Assembly (NCBI RefSeq): GCF_006345805.1
Contig: NC_043004.1
Span: forward strand, 30,256,001 to 30,320,000
DNA from: Octopus sinensis
Taxonomy: Eukaryota
DNA: 64,000 nucleotides
Direction of reading: 5' to 3'
Positions 12,911 to 27,065 of the stretch are shown here, one piece after another (the first letter of the stretch is position 1; the number at the start of each line of letters is the position of its first letter). The position numbers and the translations under genes were made by a program. A model generated the notes under the pieces. It did no database searches. It was not told the DNA's origin and saw only the letters and a program-made list of their open reading frames with translations.

Positions 12911-15302
12911 GAGTTCTAGAAGTACTGTGTGTTCCACCCACTTGTAATGATAAAACTAACCCCAACAAACCAAACTACATCACTTCTCTTCCTCACACTT
13001 TCTCTTTCACATGCACTATACTTATGATCATCTCTCCTCTTGCTCCCCACTCCTGTCCTCACTGCCCTGCTCACTGTATCATTGCTATCATGTTATCCCC
13101 CACCCTGTCTATATACCCAGGTCCCCTCCCACCAATCTTTGCATTCATGTGAAGTCCCTACTCCCTACTCATGCACCTTTTGCAATACTCTATCATTTAT
13201 ATCTGATCCCTTTACCTTGAGGATGTGGCTTGGCACTCTGCCACCATCTATCTCTCTCTTGCTCTATTCTACCATCCTGTTTATATTCCAATCCCTGTTC
13301 CTTATGAGTTTATCCTGGTACTCTGCCACCCTCTTTCTCCAGCTCTTTCTTACACTCTCACACTCTCATTCTCTTCCCCTCTTTCTTTCTTTCTCTTGCT
13401 CTCTCCCTCTGACTGGTACTACTCATTTATGCTAGCTAAGTGGACAGGGGCAATGTGAAATAAAGTGTCTTGCCCAAGGACACAGCATGCTGCTGCTACA
13501 TATCAAACTCATGACCTTATAATCGTGAACCGAATATTCTAACCACTAAGCCATACTAATATATGTGTACATATGTGTGTGTGTGCATGTGTGTGCATGT
13601 GTGTGCATGAATGCTGATAGTCCACACTTGTCACTGCTCATGCAAGCATTGACTACGTTAACATTACTTGCTATCATTATAGTTGGTTGCATTGTACTTT
13701 CAAAAACCTACTGCATAAAGAAACAACTGGCTTGTGAATAACAATACTGAAAGGTTGATAACAGAAAGAGCATCTGGCAGTTATATCCTGCTTCAAAATA
13801 ACTCCTCATCCATCTACCCCATGAAAAATCAGATGTTATACAGACGATCACACATATATAAAACACTATGAAAAATTTTAATTTTTAAGTTACCTCAACA
13901 TTCACATCAATCTCTAAACTCACAAACATTAAACAATTAAACAAACATAAAAGAAAATCTCATCAAATACTGTCAATATACACATTAGTTTTGTATTTGT
14001 GAATAAACAAAACACAGCTAATACAAACAGCATAACTCCATCTTCAAACTGGTCAAAATAAAAAGAAAACTACAAAGAGAAAATATAGCAGACATGTGAA
14101 TGGATTTTTGATATGAGTTTTACCAAAATTGCTCAAAAGATTCGATATATAAAACAGCATTGCAATCAATTTAGATTCTGAATTGAAATGGAGATTAGAA
14201 AAGGCAAAACCAAAGGAAAGGAGAAAGCGTGTTGAGATAAAATGTGTTTCCATCATCTTTGTCAGGAATTATGGCGACAAATTGAAGAAAACTTTTTCTG
14301 CACATGGTTAAAAAAGTGACAACCACCACCACCACCACCATTACTACTACTACTACTACTATACTACTACTACTACTGCTACTACTACTACAGCTGCTGC
14401 TGCTGCTGCTAGTACTGTTACAAACCACCACCACCAACCAACCAGCCAGCCAACTACTTCCTTGACATCACTCCAATCAGCCTTGATATATGTTTAACTC
14501 CTACCAAATCAGTATGAAGAGGTGTTCTTTATGATTAACCTCATCTTTCATCTTCTAGTTCCCACATTTTATTGTAATCATCTTCAAGTTAATATGATCA
14601 GTAATTATACAAACAGTTAAGTAGTGTCAGCTAACATAATTTACGATGAGATCATAAAACAGAGGTATTGAGCTAAAATTATTGATATTAACCAGTGGCT
14701 AATATCGTTGGATTGGTACAATCATTAATGATTCAAACAAAATTCCTGGCAGTATTTAGTTACAGCCATTGATATTTGAGTTCAAATCTCACCAGTGTTA
14801 ACTTTTGTCATCCTGGGGGAGCTGGGGGTCATTAAAGAAACATCAGTAGAGTTTGGGATTTAACTAATCAACTCTATCAATGCCATGAATTTCATGCCAT
14901 GTCTTTAAAAGATGAATTTCATTTCAGTTTTCCTGGCAGGTTTGAGGAGGCAACCCCAGATATGTTTAGGTATTATTCTGACTTCATTAGTTGGAGCAGT
15001 GATGAATTAACCATCATGTACAAGGTTGTGTATGTGTTAGTTAGGTTGCTAACAAGAAATAATTACACAGTTAAGAAAAAAGCATGACATTAGAATAACA
15101 CTAATATTATCTTTTTTTTCTGGTAATACAGGAGGTAACCTAGGACATCTTTAAGTTTTATTCTTAAGCAAGTGTCATGAAATGGCAAGAGTATGATGAG
15201 ACACTAAAAACCTCAGCCATTTACTGTTGTATCTAAATCTACCTCCAACTATCTTCAACACTTCATCTTGACCTCTCACAAACACCCCCCCACACACACA
15301 AA

Positions 15303-15339
<37 letters not shown>

Positions 15340-15479
15340 CACATACAGTACATGTAAAAAGCACTTTTTGACTGTTGGGTCTCATGAAGGCAATGACAAC
15401 TGACCAAGACCTCAGGCAATATGCTGTACTTGAGAAGAAGACCCATCAAGCCAAGTGAAATCATAGTTGTGGTTGCTAC

Positions 15480-15745
15480 TGGTGTCATGCAATATTACCC
15501 TATCAAAAATTGTTTTGTTAATCCTACCTATATCTGATTTGGAAGGGTGTATCAGTCTAACTTTGAGGTCGGTATCAAAATTATTTTTAAGGTCTTTTAA
15601 ATATATTCTTGCTTCTCTAGGGGTATATGGCTCTGTTCCATCTTCTATTCCTAGTCTAGTGATGATGTTCAATCTCTTATAATTACATTTGTTAGTGTAT
15701 TTTTAGGTGCATGTTTGTACTTACAACATAGTTCTTCTGTAATTA
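15480..15745 (-). mobile_element. Penelope-like element reverse transcriptase N-terminal fragment
   Basis: YKHAPKNTL and RLGIEDGTEPYTPREARIYLKDLKNNFDTDLKVRLIHPSKSDIGRINKTIFDRV resemble the PLE motif ITLKDHK.NF...P..RLINP.KSE.G..SK.ILD. Confidence 0.75.
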
Positions 15746-15845
15746 ATTCTGCCTATAGTTCAGTATTTGCAACGTAACGATTACTTATGCACACACACAC
15801 ACTATCTATATGTGTGTGTGTGTTTGAGTGTGTGTGTGTGTGTGT

Positions 15846-15878
<33 letters not shown>

Positions 15879-16443
15879 ATGTGTGTGTGTTGACCTTCTT
15901 CAATTTTTCTACCAAACCCACTCACAGAACTTTGGCTGTCATGAGGCTATAGAAGAAGACACATGCTTAAAGTACCACACACTGGAATTGAACCCAAGAC
16001 CATATGGTTGGGAACCAAGCTTCTTACCCATGCATCTACACCTACAAGTTGCAATATAACATAGACTGTAGGAAAGTTGAAGATGGAAGCAATTTAGCAA
16101 TAATTGACATCAGATAATGTAAATGCAAATAATGACTGGTGGTAGTGGTGATGATGGTGATGGTGGTGGTGGTGGGACATGTCTAGTAAAGTGTAAATGC
16201 AGATTGTTTTTGATAGAATTTGGTATTAAGGATTATTTTTCACTCCCTCTCTCTATTTTAAACCTTTTCTCTCTATCACTCTCGTCTCACTCTCAATCTT
16301 CTACTCACTGTTTGTCTCACCCATACACTTTCCACCTCTCTTCCTTACTTCTCTCTCTCTCTCCCGCTCTCTCTCTGTGCATGTGTGCACATATATATAT
16401 ATACACACACACACATATATATACATAGAATTACATATATATA

Positions 16444-16494
<51 letters not shown>

Positions 16495-16581
16495 TATGTA
16501 TGTATGTATGTATGTATGTATATATACACATATGTATAACATGTATACATATATCTTTTTATACGTATCTTTTATCTTTTA

Positions 16582-16985
16582 TCTTTTACTTGTTTCAATT
16601 CAGTCATTCGTCTGCGGCCATGCTGGAGCATTGCTTTGAAGAATTTTTTAGTTGAATGAATCAATCTCAATACTTACTTTTTTTAAGCCTGGTATTTAAT
16701 TTATTGGTCTCTTATGCTGAACTGTGAAGTTATGGGGATGTAAACACACCAACACCAGTTTCCAAGTCGTGTGGAGGACAAACACAAACACACACACACA
16801 CGTGTGTGTGTCTGTGTCAAATGGGCTTCTTTCAGTTTCCATCTTCTAAATCCATTTACAAGGCTTTGGTTACTATGAAGCGGTAGTAGTAGTAGAGACT
16901 TGCTCAAGGGGCCAAACAGTGGAACTGAACCTAGAGACCATGTTTGAGAAGCAAGTTTCTTACCACACAGTCACACCTGTGTCTT
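16582..16985 (-). mobile_element. tRNA-derived SINE (family A: tRNA head, central CA tract, GAGTAAAA-type tail)
   Basis: Same modular sequence as 38430-38840, more diverged. Confidence 0.75.
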
Positions 16986-16992
16986 ATATATA

Positions 16993-17070
<78 letters not shown>

Positions 17071-17936
17071 CATACATACACACATGTATATATATATATA
17101 TATATACATATATATATTATATCTATACATACACACATACTCATATACACATACATATTGTTTGCATATATATGTATGTGTGCGTGAGCATATACATAGA
17201 ATAATGATGATGATATATGTATATATATATACACACACACACATATACATATATGTATGTTTATAAATATGTATACACATACATACACCTCCCCTCCTAT
17301 ATGCATGCATACACCCCCACACTTATCTCCCCGCCTTCCAATTTTCATATCATTCTAGATACTTCTCTATCTCTGTTATCATCAGTTCAATAACAATTTG
17401 TCACCAAACATTGCATAATTTATTGATCTCAACATGTCTGAGCCATGTTTACATTGAATATACCACAGTAAAATATTGTCATAGTTCTCTGACTACATTG
17501 CTACTGGGGTGGCAGGCAGTGCTGGTGATCGTAGTTGTAGTTGGATGTTGTTGGTGGCAACATACCTGGCCTCTCACTTTTACACTACATATGCATACGT
17601 AAATTACACACACATACACACCTATACCACTGGCATGGCAAAATGTGCATTAAACCAGTAGAAGTGATGTGGAGTGGGTTGTATCTGAACATTTGGATCT
17701 CTCACCCATTGATTTCCTTTTCTGTCTCGCATCCTCTTCCATAACCCATTTCTGCGTCACTCCTTTCTACATCGCCCATGAAATGAGGAAAGTGGAAGAT
17801 TTGCCTTTATTCTACTATATCTCACAACCATCATTTACCACTGTCTGTATCACTTTTACCTTTTCTATTCCTCTCTGTCTTCTTCTTTCTTTCTCCTCTC
17901 TCTCTATAGGTATGTATACATACATACATATATATA

Positions 17937-17974
<38 letters not shown>

Positions 17975-17979
17975 CCTTA

Positions 17980-18300
17980 CTGGTACTTGTGCCGGTGGCA
18001 TGTGAAAAAACATTAGAGCAAGGTTGTTGCCAGTGCCGCTGGACTGGCTCCTGTGTAGGTGGCATGTAAAAAACACCATTTGAGCGTGGTCGTTGCCAGT
18101 ACCGCCTGACTGGCCCTTGTGCCGGTGGCACGTAAAAGCACCCACTACATTCTCGGAGTGTTTGGCGTTAGGCAGGGCATCCAGTTGTAGAAACTCTGCC
18201 AGATCAGATTGGCACCTGGTGCAGCCATCTGGTTCGGCAGTTCTCAGTCAAATTGTTCAACCCATGCTAGCATGGAAAGCAGACATTAAATGATGATGAT
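17980..18300 (+). mobile_element. RTE-tail repeat (family C) with internal tandem units and (GAT)n end
   Basis: gtggcacgtaaaagcacc units, ggcgttagg.agggcatccag.tgtagaaac, acccatgctagcatggaaag, gatgatgat. Confidence 0.75.
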
Positions 18301-18711
18301 AGGCACAGGCGTGACTGGGTGGTAAGAAGTTTGCTTTCGCAACCACATGATTCTCGATTCCTTCCTACTGCATGGTACCATGGGCTAGTATCTCAGGCCA
18401 ACCAATGCCTACATATATATATATATATATATATTATTATATATATATATACATATATATATAATATATATATATGTGTGTGTGTGTGTGTGTATATATT
18501 TATGTGTGTGTCTGTGTTTGTCCCCTCACCATTGCTTGACAACTGATGCTGGCATGTTTATGCCCCTGTAACTTAACGGTTCAGTAAAAGAGACCGATAA
18601 AATAAGTACTAGGCTTATAAAGAATAAGTCCCAGGATCACTTCTTCGACTAAGGTAGTGCTCCAATATGGCCACAGTCAAATGACTGAAACAAATAAAAG
18701 AGTAAAAGAAT
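18301..18711 (+). mobile_element. tRNA-derived SINE (family A)
   Basis: Head aggcacaggcgtgactgggtggtaagaag; 3' module ending gaaacaaataaaagagtaaaaga. Confidence 0.7.
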
Positions 18712-18856
18712 ATACATACCTATATATATATATATATAATATATATAATATATATATATATATATACATATATATATACATGCATATATATATATATATA
18801 TATACATGCATATATATATATATATACACATATATATATATACATACATACATACA

Positions 18857-18892
<36 letters not shown>

Positions 18893-18896
18893 TATA

Positions 18897-18964
<68 letters not shown>

Positions 18965-18970
18965 CATATA

Positions 18971-19062
<92 letters not shown>
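18712..19062. repeat. Compound (TA)n/(TACA)n microsatellite
   Basis: Directly visible; source of several spurious YI-rich ORFs. Confidence 0.95.
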
Positions 19063-19063
<1 letters not shown>

Positions 19064-20451
19064 CATCATCATCGTTTAAAGTCTGCTTTCCATGCTGGCA
19101 TGGGTTGGACAGTTTGACTGAGGGCTGGCGAGCCAGAAGGTTGCACCAGACTCCAATCTGATCTGGCAATGTTTCTACTGCTTGATGCTCTTCCTAACAC
19201 CAACCACTCCAAGAGTGTAGTGGGTGCTTTTCATGTGCCACTGGCACAGGTGCCAAACAGGAAGTACTATCATCAGCCATGACAATGACTTCACTTGCCT
19301 CGACAGGTCATTGCAAGTGTAGTTTGTTGCCCAATGATTGAAGAGAACTCTTAAATGGGCTGGTTATGCTGCACTAGCATAGACCGCAGTTATGATCTCA
19401 CTTGGCTTACTGGGACGTCTCAAGCACAGCATATCTCCAAAGGTCTCAGTCACTTGTCATCGCCTAAAGCACTCACTACACTCACGGAGTGGTTGGCATT
19501 AGGAAGGGCATTCAGCTGTAGAAACACTGCCAGATCAGACTGGAGCCTGGTGCAGCCACCTGGCTTCCCAGACCTCGGTCAAACCGTCCAACCTGTGCTA
19601 GCACAGAAAACGGATGTTAAACGATGATGATGATGATGATGATGATATAATGTATGTATATATATGAGCTTCTTTCAGTTTCCCTCTGCCAAATCCACTT
19701 GCAAGCCTTTGATTGGTCCAGGGCTACAGTAGAAGACATTATATGCTAGGCACTGATAAAATCATTATTTTTTAATGATTTTATCCTTAATTACATGTAT
19801 GTATATACATCTATATCTATATATCTGTCCAGGGAGAGTCATTCACTTGTAGTGCCTTTTTATTTAACACACTCACCGGTCTGATTTCCACTCATTTATT
19901 TATTTATTTTCTTCTAAAATTTTCGCTGCATCTTGCAACCTTTTCAATAGTCCCTTATCCAAGCTGTATTCTTTTTGTTTGTTTATGTGCTTGTGTGTGG
20001 GTCAGTGTGCATGGGCATACACATTTTTAAGTATGTATGTATGTATGTATGTATGTATGTATGTATGCTTGTATGTATGTTTGTATGTATATGTATGTAT
20101 GTATGTATGTACGTATGTGTGCATGTATGTGTGTGTATGCATATGAATATATGTATGTATGTGTCTATGTATTCTGCATATTCATGAGTTTGTGTGTTTG
20201 TATGTGTGTGTGTTTGCATGTGTGTGTTTGCATGTGTGTGTACATCTATCTCCTTGTGTGTTCATGTCTGAGTGTGTCCGTGTATGTGTTTTTGTGTGTA
20301 TGTATGTGCATCTGTTATGTATGGATGTGTGTCTCCATATGTGCCCTTGCGTGAAGTGAAGTGTGCGTGAGTGTATATGATCATGTACTTCAGTTTCCAT
20401 TTGCATATATATGAATTCACATAAAGAATCTTCCAAACCAAATCCCAAAAC

Positions 20452-20818
<367 letters not shown>

Positions 20819-21324
20819 GGGGAGAGGGGAAAAAGAGATTGATAATCCTTAAATACTTTACCTTTCCTTTAGATCCCAGTCTACCCAAAATGGAATGGCG
20901 GTTGTGCAAATATGTGTTGATGTGTGTGTGTGTTTATATATGCTGTGTGTGTGTGTGTGTGTGTAGTTGATGGGTGAAATTGCTTGCTATATGTTTCAAT
21001 TATAGGCTGGTAATCACATAATATAAACTCTTGAAAACGTGACATGTAATGTATCTCCATGGGGCTTTATTGTGTACATGAGGTAAACCAGAGAGTTATA
21101 TAGTCTTTTGAAGATTTGATGTAAGAAGTGTTGGTTGGGTAGGTGTGGGGAGCAAGTGGTGGAGAACAAGAGTAGCATGGGAGATAGGCAGACAGATAGA
21201 CAGATATATAGACAAATAGTGAGAGAGAGAGAGATGAAGAGTGAAAGAGAATGAACAAGGGGGAAGTAGATAGAGAAAGGAGGAGCATAGAGTGAAGATA
21301 GATGCAAAAATCTCAGATAAACAA

Positions 21325-21331
21325 GATATAT

Positions 21332-21376
<45 letters not shown>

Positions 21377-21450
21377 GATATATACATACATACATATATA
21401 TATACATACATACATATATATATACATACATACATATATATATACATACA

Positions 21451-21534
<84 letters not shown>

Positions 21535-21569
21535 TATATATATATATATAGATAGATAGATAGATATAG

Positions 21570-21600
<31 letters not shown>

Positions 21601-21718
21601 GAGAGATAGAGAGAGAGAGAGAATGCAAATGAGTAAGAGTAAAAGTAAGAAAGAGAGAGAGAAAGATGAAGGATAAGGAGAGAAATTAGTAAATGGTCAG
21701 AAGGTGAACAAAGAGAAA

Positions 21719-21775
<57 letters not shown>
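21325..21775. repeat. Compound (TA)n/(TACA)n/(GATA)n/(GA)n microsatellites
   Basis: Directly visible. Confidence 0.92.
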
Positions 21776-21779
<4 letters not shown>

Positions 21780-22293
21780 TAAAATGAAAATGGGTAAAAA
21801 AGTAAGTAAGCAAAAGAGAGAGTGAGAGAGAGAAAATGATGAGGAGAAGTAGAGCGCATAGAAGGAAGCAGTGGGAGTAAAGTACGAAGGCTGTATAAAA
21901 TGTTATAACATAAAAAAATGGAATGAATATCACATAATGGTACTCTAGCATGGTCACATGGCTATTTCTCAGTTGCTGGAAACAGTACATAAAGGAGTAA
22001 TAAATATATGTTTGTTTGCATAGGTGTAACTGTGTGTGCATATGTGTGTGTTAAATGTATTGTTGGTTAGGCTAAGACTAAATAGTGAATATGCGATCAT
22101 ATTAAGTGATGAATGCATGAATACACTCTTAAAGTAAAGTGAAATATTTAAACAATGTTATTATAAAGTGTTCACATACCAAAGAGAATGGAATCTATCT
22201 ATCCATCTGTCTCTCTCCCTTCCTCCCTCTGTCTCTCCATATCTTTCTCTCTCTCTCTCTCTATGTATACACACACACACGCACACACATACT

Positions 22294-22705
22294 GGCACAG
22301 GTATGGCTGTGTGGTAAGAGGCTTCATTCTGAACCACATGGTTGTGAGTTCAGTCACACAGTGTGGCACCTTGGGTGAGTGTCTTCTACCATAGCCACAT
22401 GCTGACCAAAGCCTTGTGAGTGGATTTGGTAGATGGAAACTGAAAGAAGCCCATCATATGTGTGTGTGTGTGTGTGTATTTATGTGTGTGTGTATTTATG
22501 GGTGTGTGTCTTTGTGTCTGTGTTTGTCCTCGCCATCATCGCTTGACAACTGTTGTTGGTATGTTTATGTCGCAGCAAAAGTGACCAATAGGTTTACAAA
22601 GAATAAGTCCTGAGGTTGATTTCTTCAACTAAAAAACCCTTTAACGTGGTACTTCACCATGGCCATAGTCAAAATTGAGTGAAACAAGTAAAAGAATACA
22701 AGAAT
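22294..22705 (+). mobile_element. tRNA-derived SINE (family A)
   Basis: A-box-like tggctgtgtggtaag, B-box-like gagttcagtc, ttgggtgagtgtcttct, gtggatttggtagatggaaactgaaagaagccc, tail. Confidence 0.75.
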
Positions 22706-22791
22706 ATACATATATATATATATATATGCATATACATAAATATATTATGGTGTATACACACATATACACATATACTTTATAAATATGTGTG

Positions 22792-22834
<43 letters not shown>

Positions 22835-23189
22835 AAATATAATGCATACATATAAATGTGTATATATACATGTGTGTTTGTGTGTGTGTGTGTGTGTATA
22901 TATATATAGTTCTTTAACTGGTTTCAGTTAGTGAACAGTGGTTGTGATGGGACACCAACTACTTAGATGATTGCATTAGCCTTGATTTTTGCTTCAGTTT
23001 TGTATATATTTTACCAATCTCTATGTTGAAGTGCTAAGTTATATGATACAAAAGGACACAACATAGATAAGTTCAGGATTTAGACTGGTGTAAACATAAA
23101 CAAACACTTCCACATGCACTCACATACACACACACACACACATGCATGCATGCAAAAGATTGCTATTAAATACCTATGAAACAAAAGAG

Positions 23190-23900
23190 ATAGTGAAGCT
23201 CTTGGAGTTCCAAGATGCAACAGAAAATATAGACTATGTCATATTTCTGTGAAAGACATCACAAGTGTGATTAGTAACTGTGTGATTAGTAACCAAAAAT
23301 ATCATCAAGGTACTACCTTCCTATGCAACATGACATTGCAATAACAATATACAATGCCATTTGGAGAAAAGACTGTCCTGGAATAAATATAGAGAATCCC
23401 CTTGTTATTAGATATGTACACAAATACCTGCACATGGAATAATGCTGCTGAGACATTCCCATCAAATCAGCTGTCAAGTGTACACATAACAAGCCAGATA
23501 TTGTTGTTTGGAACGAACAAGAAAAAGTGCATATAGTCACGGAGGTTAGCTGTCCTGCTGATGTGAATATCTCTTTGAAAAATCAAAGAGAAAGAAGATA
23601 ACTGTGGACAATTGCTTCAAAACCTCAGGCTTCTTTATTTAGATTATAAATCCCCGTTTATACCAATAATAATTGGTGCATTTGGTATTTTGAGTAAATG
23701 CTTAAGTGAAAATCTGGATAAGCTAGGGTTTTCAGGGAAAGAAATCAGCCAAATAATTCACACATTACAAATACAATTTATAAACGGAAGGGTAAAAATA
23801 TGCAAGACTTTTTTCAAGTTAAAAGTGTGACATGTTTGTTATCTACATGCCAGTGATGGAGTTTTGTATCGGTCAGAAAGTAGCTCCTTCTTCAGAGGAA
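23190..23900 (+). mobile_element. R4/Dong-like non-LTR retrotransposon 3' end (CCHC knuckle plus restriction-like endonuclease)
   Basis: Decayed RLCHISVKDITSVISNC, then DIPIKSAVKCTHNKPDIVVWNEQEK..EVSCPADVN and PIIIGAFG..SKCL..NL.KLGF...KICKTFFKL*. Fits the PD-(D/E)xK RLE domain. Confidence 0.8.
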
Positions 23901-24372
23901 GAATTTAAATAATTAAAAACAGAAGAGAAAATATATGCATGCATGCAAATAAAATTAATGTTATGTACGTTTCAGTGAATGACTCCCAGTTATTATATAT
24001 TACATATAAAAGCTATGCAACTCTTCGCAACAAATCTAGAGTCCTTTGACATCTTCAGACATTATAATTTGAGTTGCAACCAACTTATATCTATATATAT
24101 CTTTTTATTTCTCTCTCTTTCTCCTCCACCCTCTCTCTGGCTGGGTAACCATGTACATCCTCTACAACAAGATACCTGTTTTTACATACATGCATACATA
24201 CATACATACATACATACATACATACATACATACATACATACATACATACATACAAAGTTGTAACCTTTACAGTTCTATTCAAACACTTTGCTAGGCAGCT
24301 TCCTGTGTGAAGTGCTGCTGAGGTGGTATATCTGGATTTGACTTATCTTATCTATTATCATATATACATGTA

Positions 24373-24404
<32 letters not shown>

Positions 24405-25205
24405 TGTGTGTGTGTGACACACACACACACTCACACATATATATATACATATGGGTTAAGCAAAAAGCAGGTGATCACTTCAGCACCACTTCATGAAGGA
24501 ACCTGTCTGATAGCAGTGTAAAGGTTTCACCTTTAGATTTAGCAAAGAATGGTTGGTTATACTTCAATCAATTTTTAGAGAAGCACTTCACCAATCCATG
24601 GCATGTATAGCAAATATGTATGTCATAATTTCCTTTAAGTGAATCACAACAATTTTAATTAAGAAAAAGAGAAGTCAAATTAATGTTATGAACATTTCAG
24701 TGAATGGCAGTTATTACATATTACATATAAAAACTATGCAATGCTTTGCAACAAATTTAAAGTCCATTGACATTTTCAGACACTATTTGATTTGCAACCA
24801 ACTTCTCTCTCTCTCTCTCTCAGGCTGAGTAACCATGTACATCCTCTGTCACACTCTAATCATTCATCATCTGACACAAGATCACCTCTCAAAGATTCCT
24901 TGTCTTGCAAAGTTATTTGGTGACCCTGCTGGTGCTGGTGCCACTTAAAAAGCATTCATTCCTCACTGTAAAGTGGTTGGCATCTGGAAGCCCCCTTACT
25001 GATGTGAACCCAACTTGCTAGGTCAGCTAGTTACCAGCCATGTAGCATCTTTCCATTAATATCTTTTCTAACAAAATTCATTAGTTTGCCTGCTCAGCTC
25101 TGGTTTGCTTATCTTGGATATCTTTTGTGGTATTTCTTTTGTGATGATTCTGACTTAGTAACAATGGCTGTCAGCTCTTATTGCTTCTTTAGTAATCATC
25201 TACAG

Positions 25206-25548
25206 CAGTGGTTCTCAACTGGAGTCCATATGACCCCTCATGGTCCATATGAGATTTTGGAGATCCACTTAAGAAAAATAATAAATTGGGTCCACAGTAG
25301 CATTTTATGGGTCTATGAAAAAAATGTTTTGCTTTAGGTGTATTTATTGCAAAAAAAAGCAGTCAAGTTTCTTTTTCTGATGTTTGATATAGTTTGGCCT
25401 ACACAAGTGTATATTTGATAAACAAAATAGGAATTTTGAAAGAAGTATCCATAAAGCTAGTTTTCAAACACTGAATGGTTATGGGGATCCACCAGAAGGA
25501 TATAGTAATCTAAGGGATCCATAGATAAAAAATGGTTGAAGACCACTG
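25206..25548. mobile_element. hAT-type MITE with 8-bp target-site duplication
   Basis: TIRs cagtggttctcaac / gttgaagaccactg; flanks atctacag (25198-25205) and atctacat (25549-25556), a 7/8 match. Confidence 0.85.
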
Positions 25549-25734
25549 ATCTACATACAGTCAACTAAAATTAGACAACATGCTATCTTCCAGTCAGTAT
25601 CCTCATGTTTTCCAAGGAGATGCTCATATATAACAAATCTAATTGATTAAATTTATCCACAACCTTGATGTGTCCCATTTGGGACAGAAGAAGAAAATTA
25701 AAATGAGAGTTAGATGTTAAAACTCTTGACTCAC

Positions 25735-25923
25735 CTGTATTTTTTATATCCAAGTATACAAAATTGATAAGGATCTTATACTGACTCTCAACTTTTATAA
25801 GCCAAGTGCATTGTACATTAGCAGGAAATGGTGCTGGGAAATGTGGAGATGTGATAACACCTCCCATACCATGAACAAACTCGGCACTACAGGGTTTATC
25901 AGGGGGTCCAAATGGTTGCCAAC
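25735..25923 (-). CDS. CUB domain, N-terminal half (WQPFGPPDKPCSAEFVHGMGGVITSPHFPAPFPANVQCTWLIKVESQYKILINFVYLDIKNT)
   Basis: 189-bp phase 1-1 exon with acceptor ttttcag| and donor G|gtgagt. Matches the CUB signature C-x7-G-x-I-T-S-P-x-F-P-x-x-F-P-x-N-x-x-C-x-W-x-I. Confidence 0.9.
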
Positions 25924-27065
25924 CTGAAAAGACAAAAAAAGATGGAATATAAATTTTTACACCAAAAGAAAAGTCAAAATACATACTTGCATATCTGTCT
26001 GTCTCTCTAAAGTTCTAAAGTTGCGATAAAAAAAGACAGATTAAGTATTTATTGGAAATTTTGGTTGAATGAAAGAAGATATTGTTAGATAGGGGAAAAC
26101 TATTAGCATTCATTTATTCTTTTGTCCTTTTCTACTTCAAAGCATTGGGCAATGGCTATGCTGGGGCAATAACCTCAAAGAATTTAGCCAATTATATTAA
26201 ACCCTGTACTTTACCTCATACCTATTCCATTATTCTTGTAAAATATAAAATGATAATTGGACATTGTTGGACCTCACCCAAAAATATGGGCCAATTTTTT
26301 TTGTGATATGAGGCAAATTATGACTCTTCACTGAGTTTCCAACATTGGTGGAAAGAACTGAAAGTATCCTCAAAACGATCTTGCCTGAATGTTTATAAAA
26401 GAGCTGACTCTGTTAAAGGTACCAGATGGAGGCGCTAAACCAAGTGATGGATTACAACCCAAGGAGATTATGGTGGGATTTGAACTTAGAGTGCCAAGGG
26501 CTGAAACAAGTACTGCATAGAATCATGTTGCATGTTGTTACAGGTCCACTAATCCACTACTTTAAAATGGTACTTTTTTTTATGAACCCCAAAAGAATGA
26601 AAGAGTAAGTTAACCTTAATAGGATTTGAGCTTAGGGCACCAAGGAGCAGAACAAATATCACAAGTCACTCTAATCCATTACCCTAACAACTCTACTTAT
26701 CTACCGCCTAAAATTTAAATAAATATACATAAACCTCTCAGTCCATGAGCTCAATTCTTACATAGTGATAATTTCTACAGCATAGCTATCTTTGAATTGG
26801 CTACTATTTCCGGTGGTCAAGTTGTTCTCCTTCCCTCCCTTCCTGTTGCTGCCTTATATAAATCCTTCAGTTCATGTGGGGAACTTAATTCTCGCACAGT
26901 TTGTTATCATTATTCATGAATATCATCATGTCCAGCTAAGAGAATGGAATCCTTCTCTTCTCTTGCATTAATTGGACATCATTCATCTATTTTGTGTTTC
27001 TACCTCATAAAATACTAACCTGCCTGTAATTTAATTTAGCTAACTCTCATAATCATAATTTTTAA

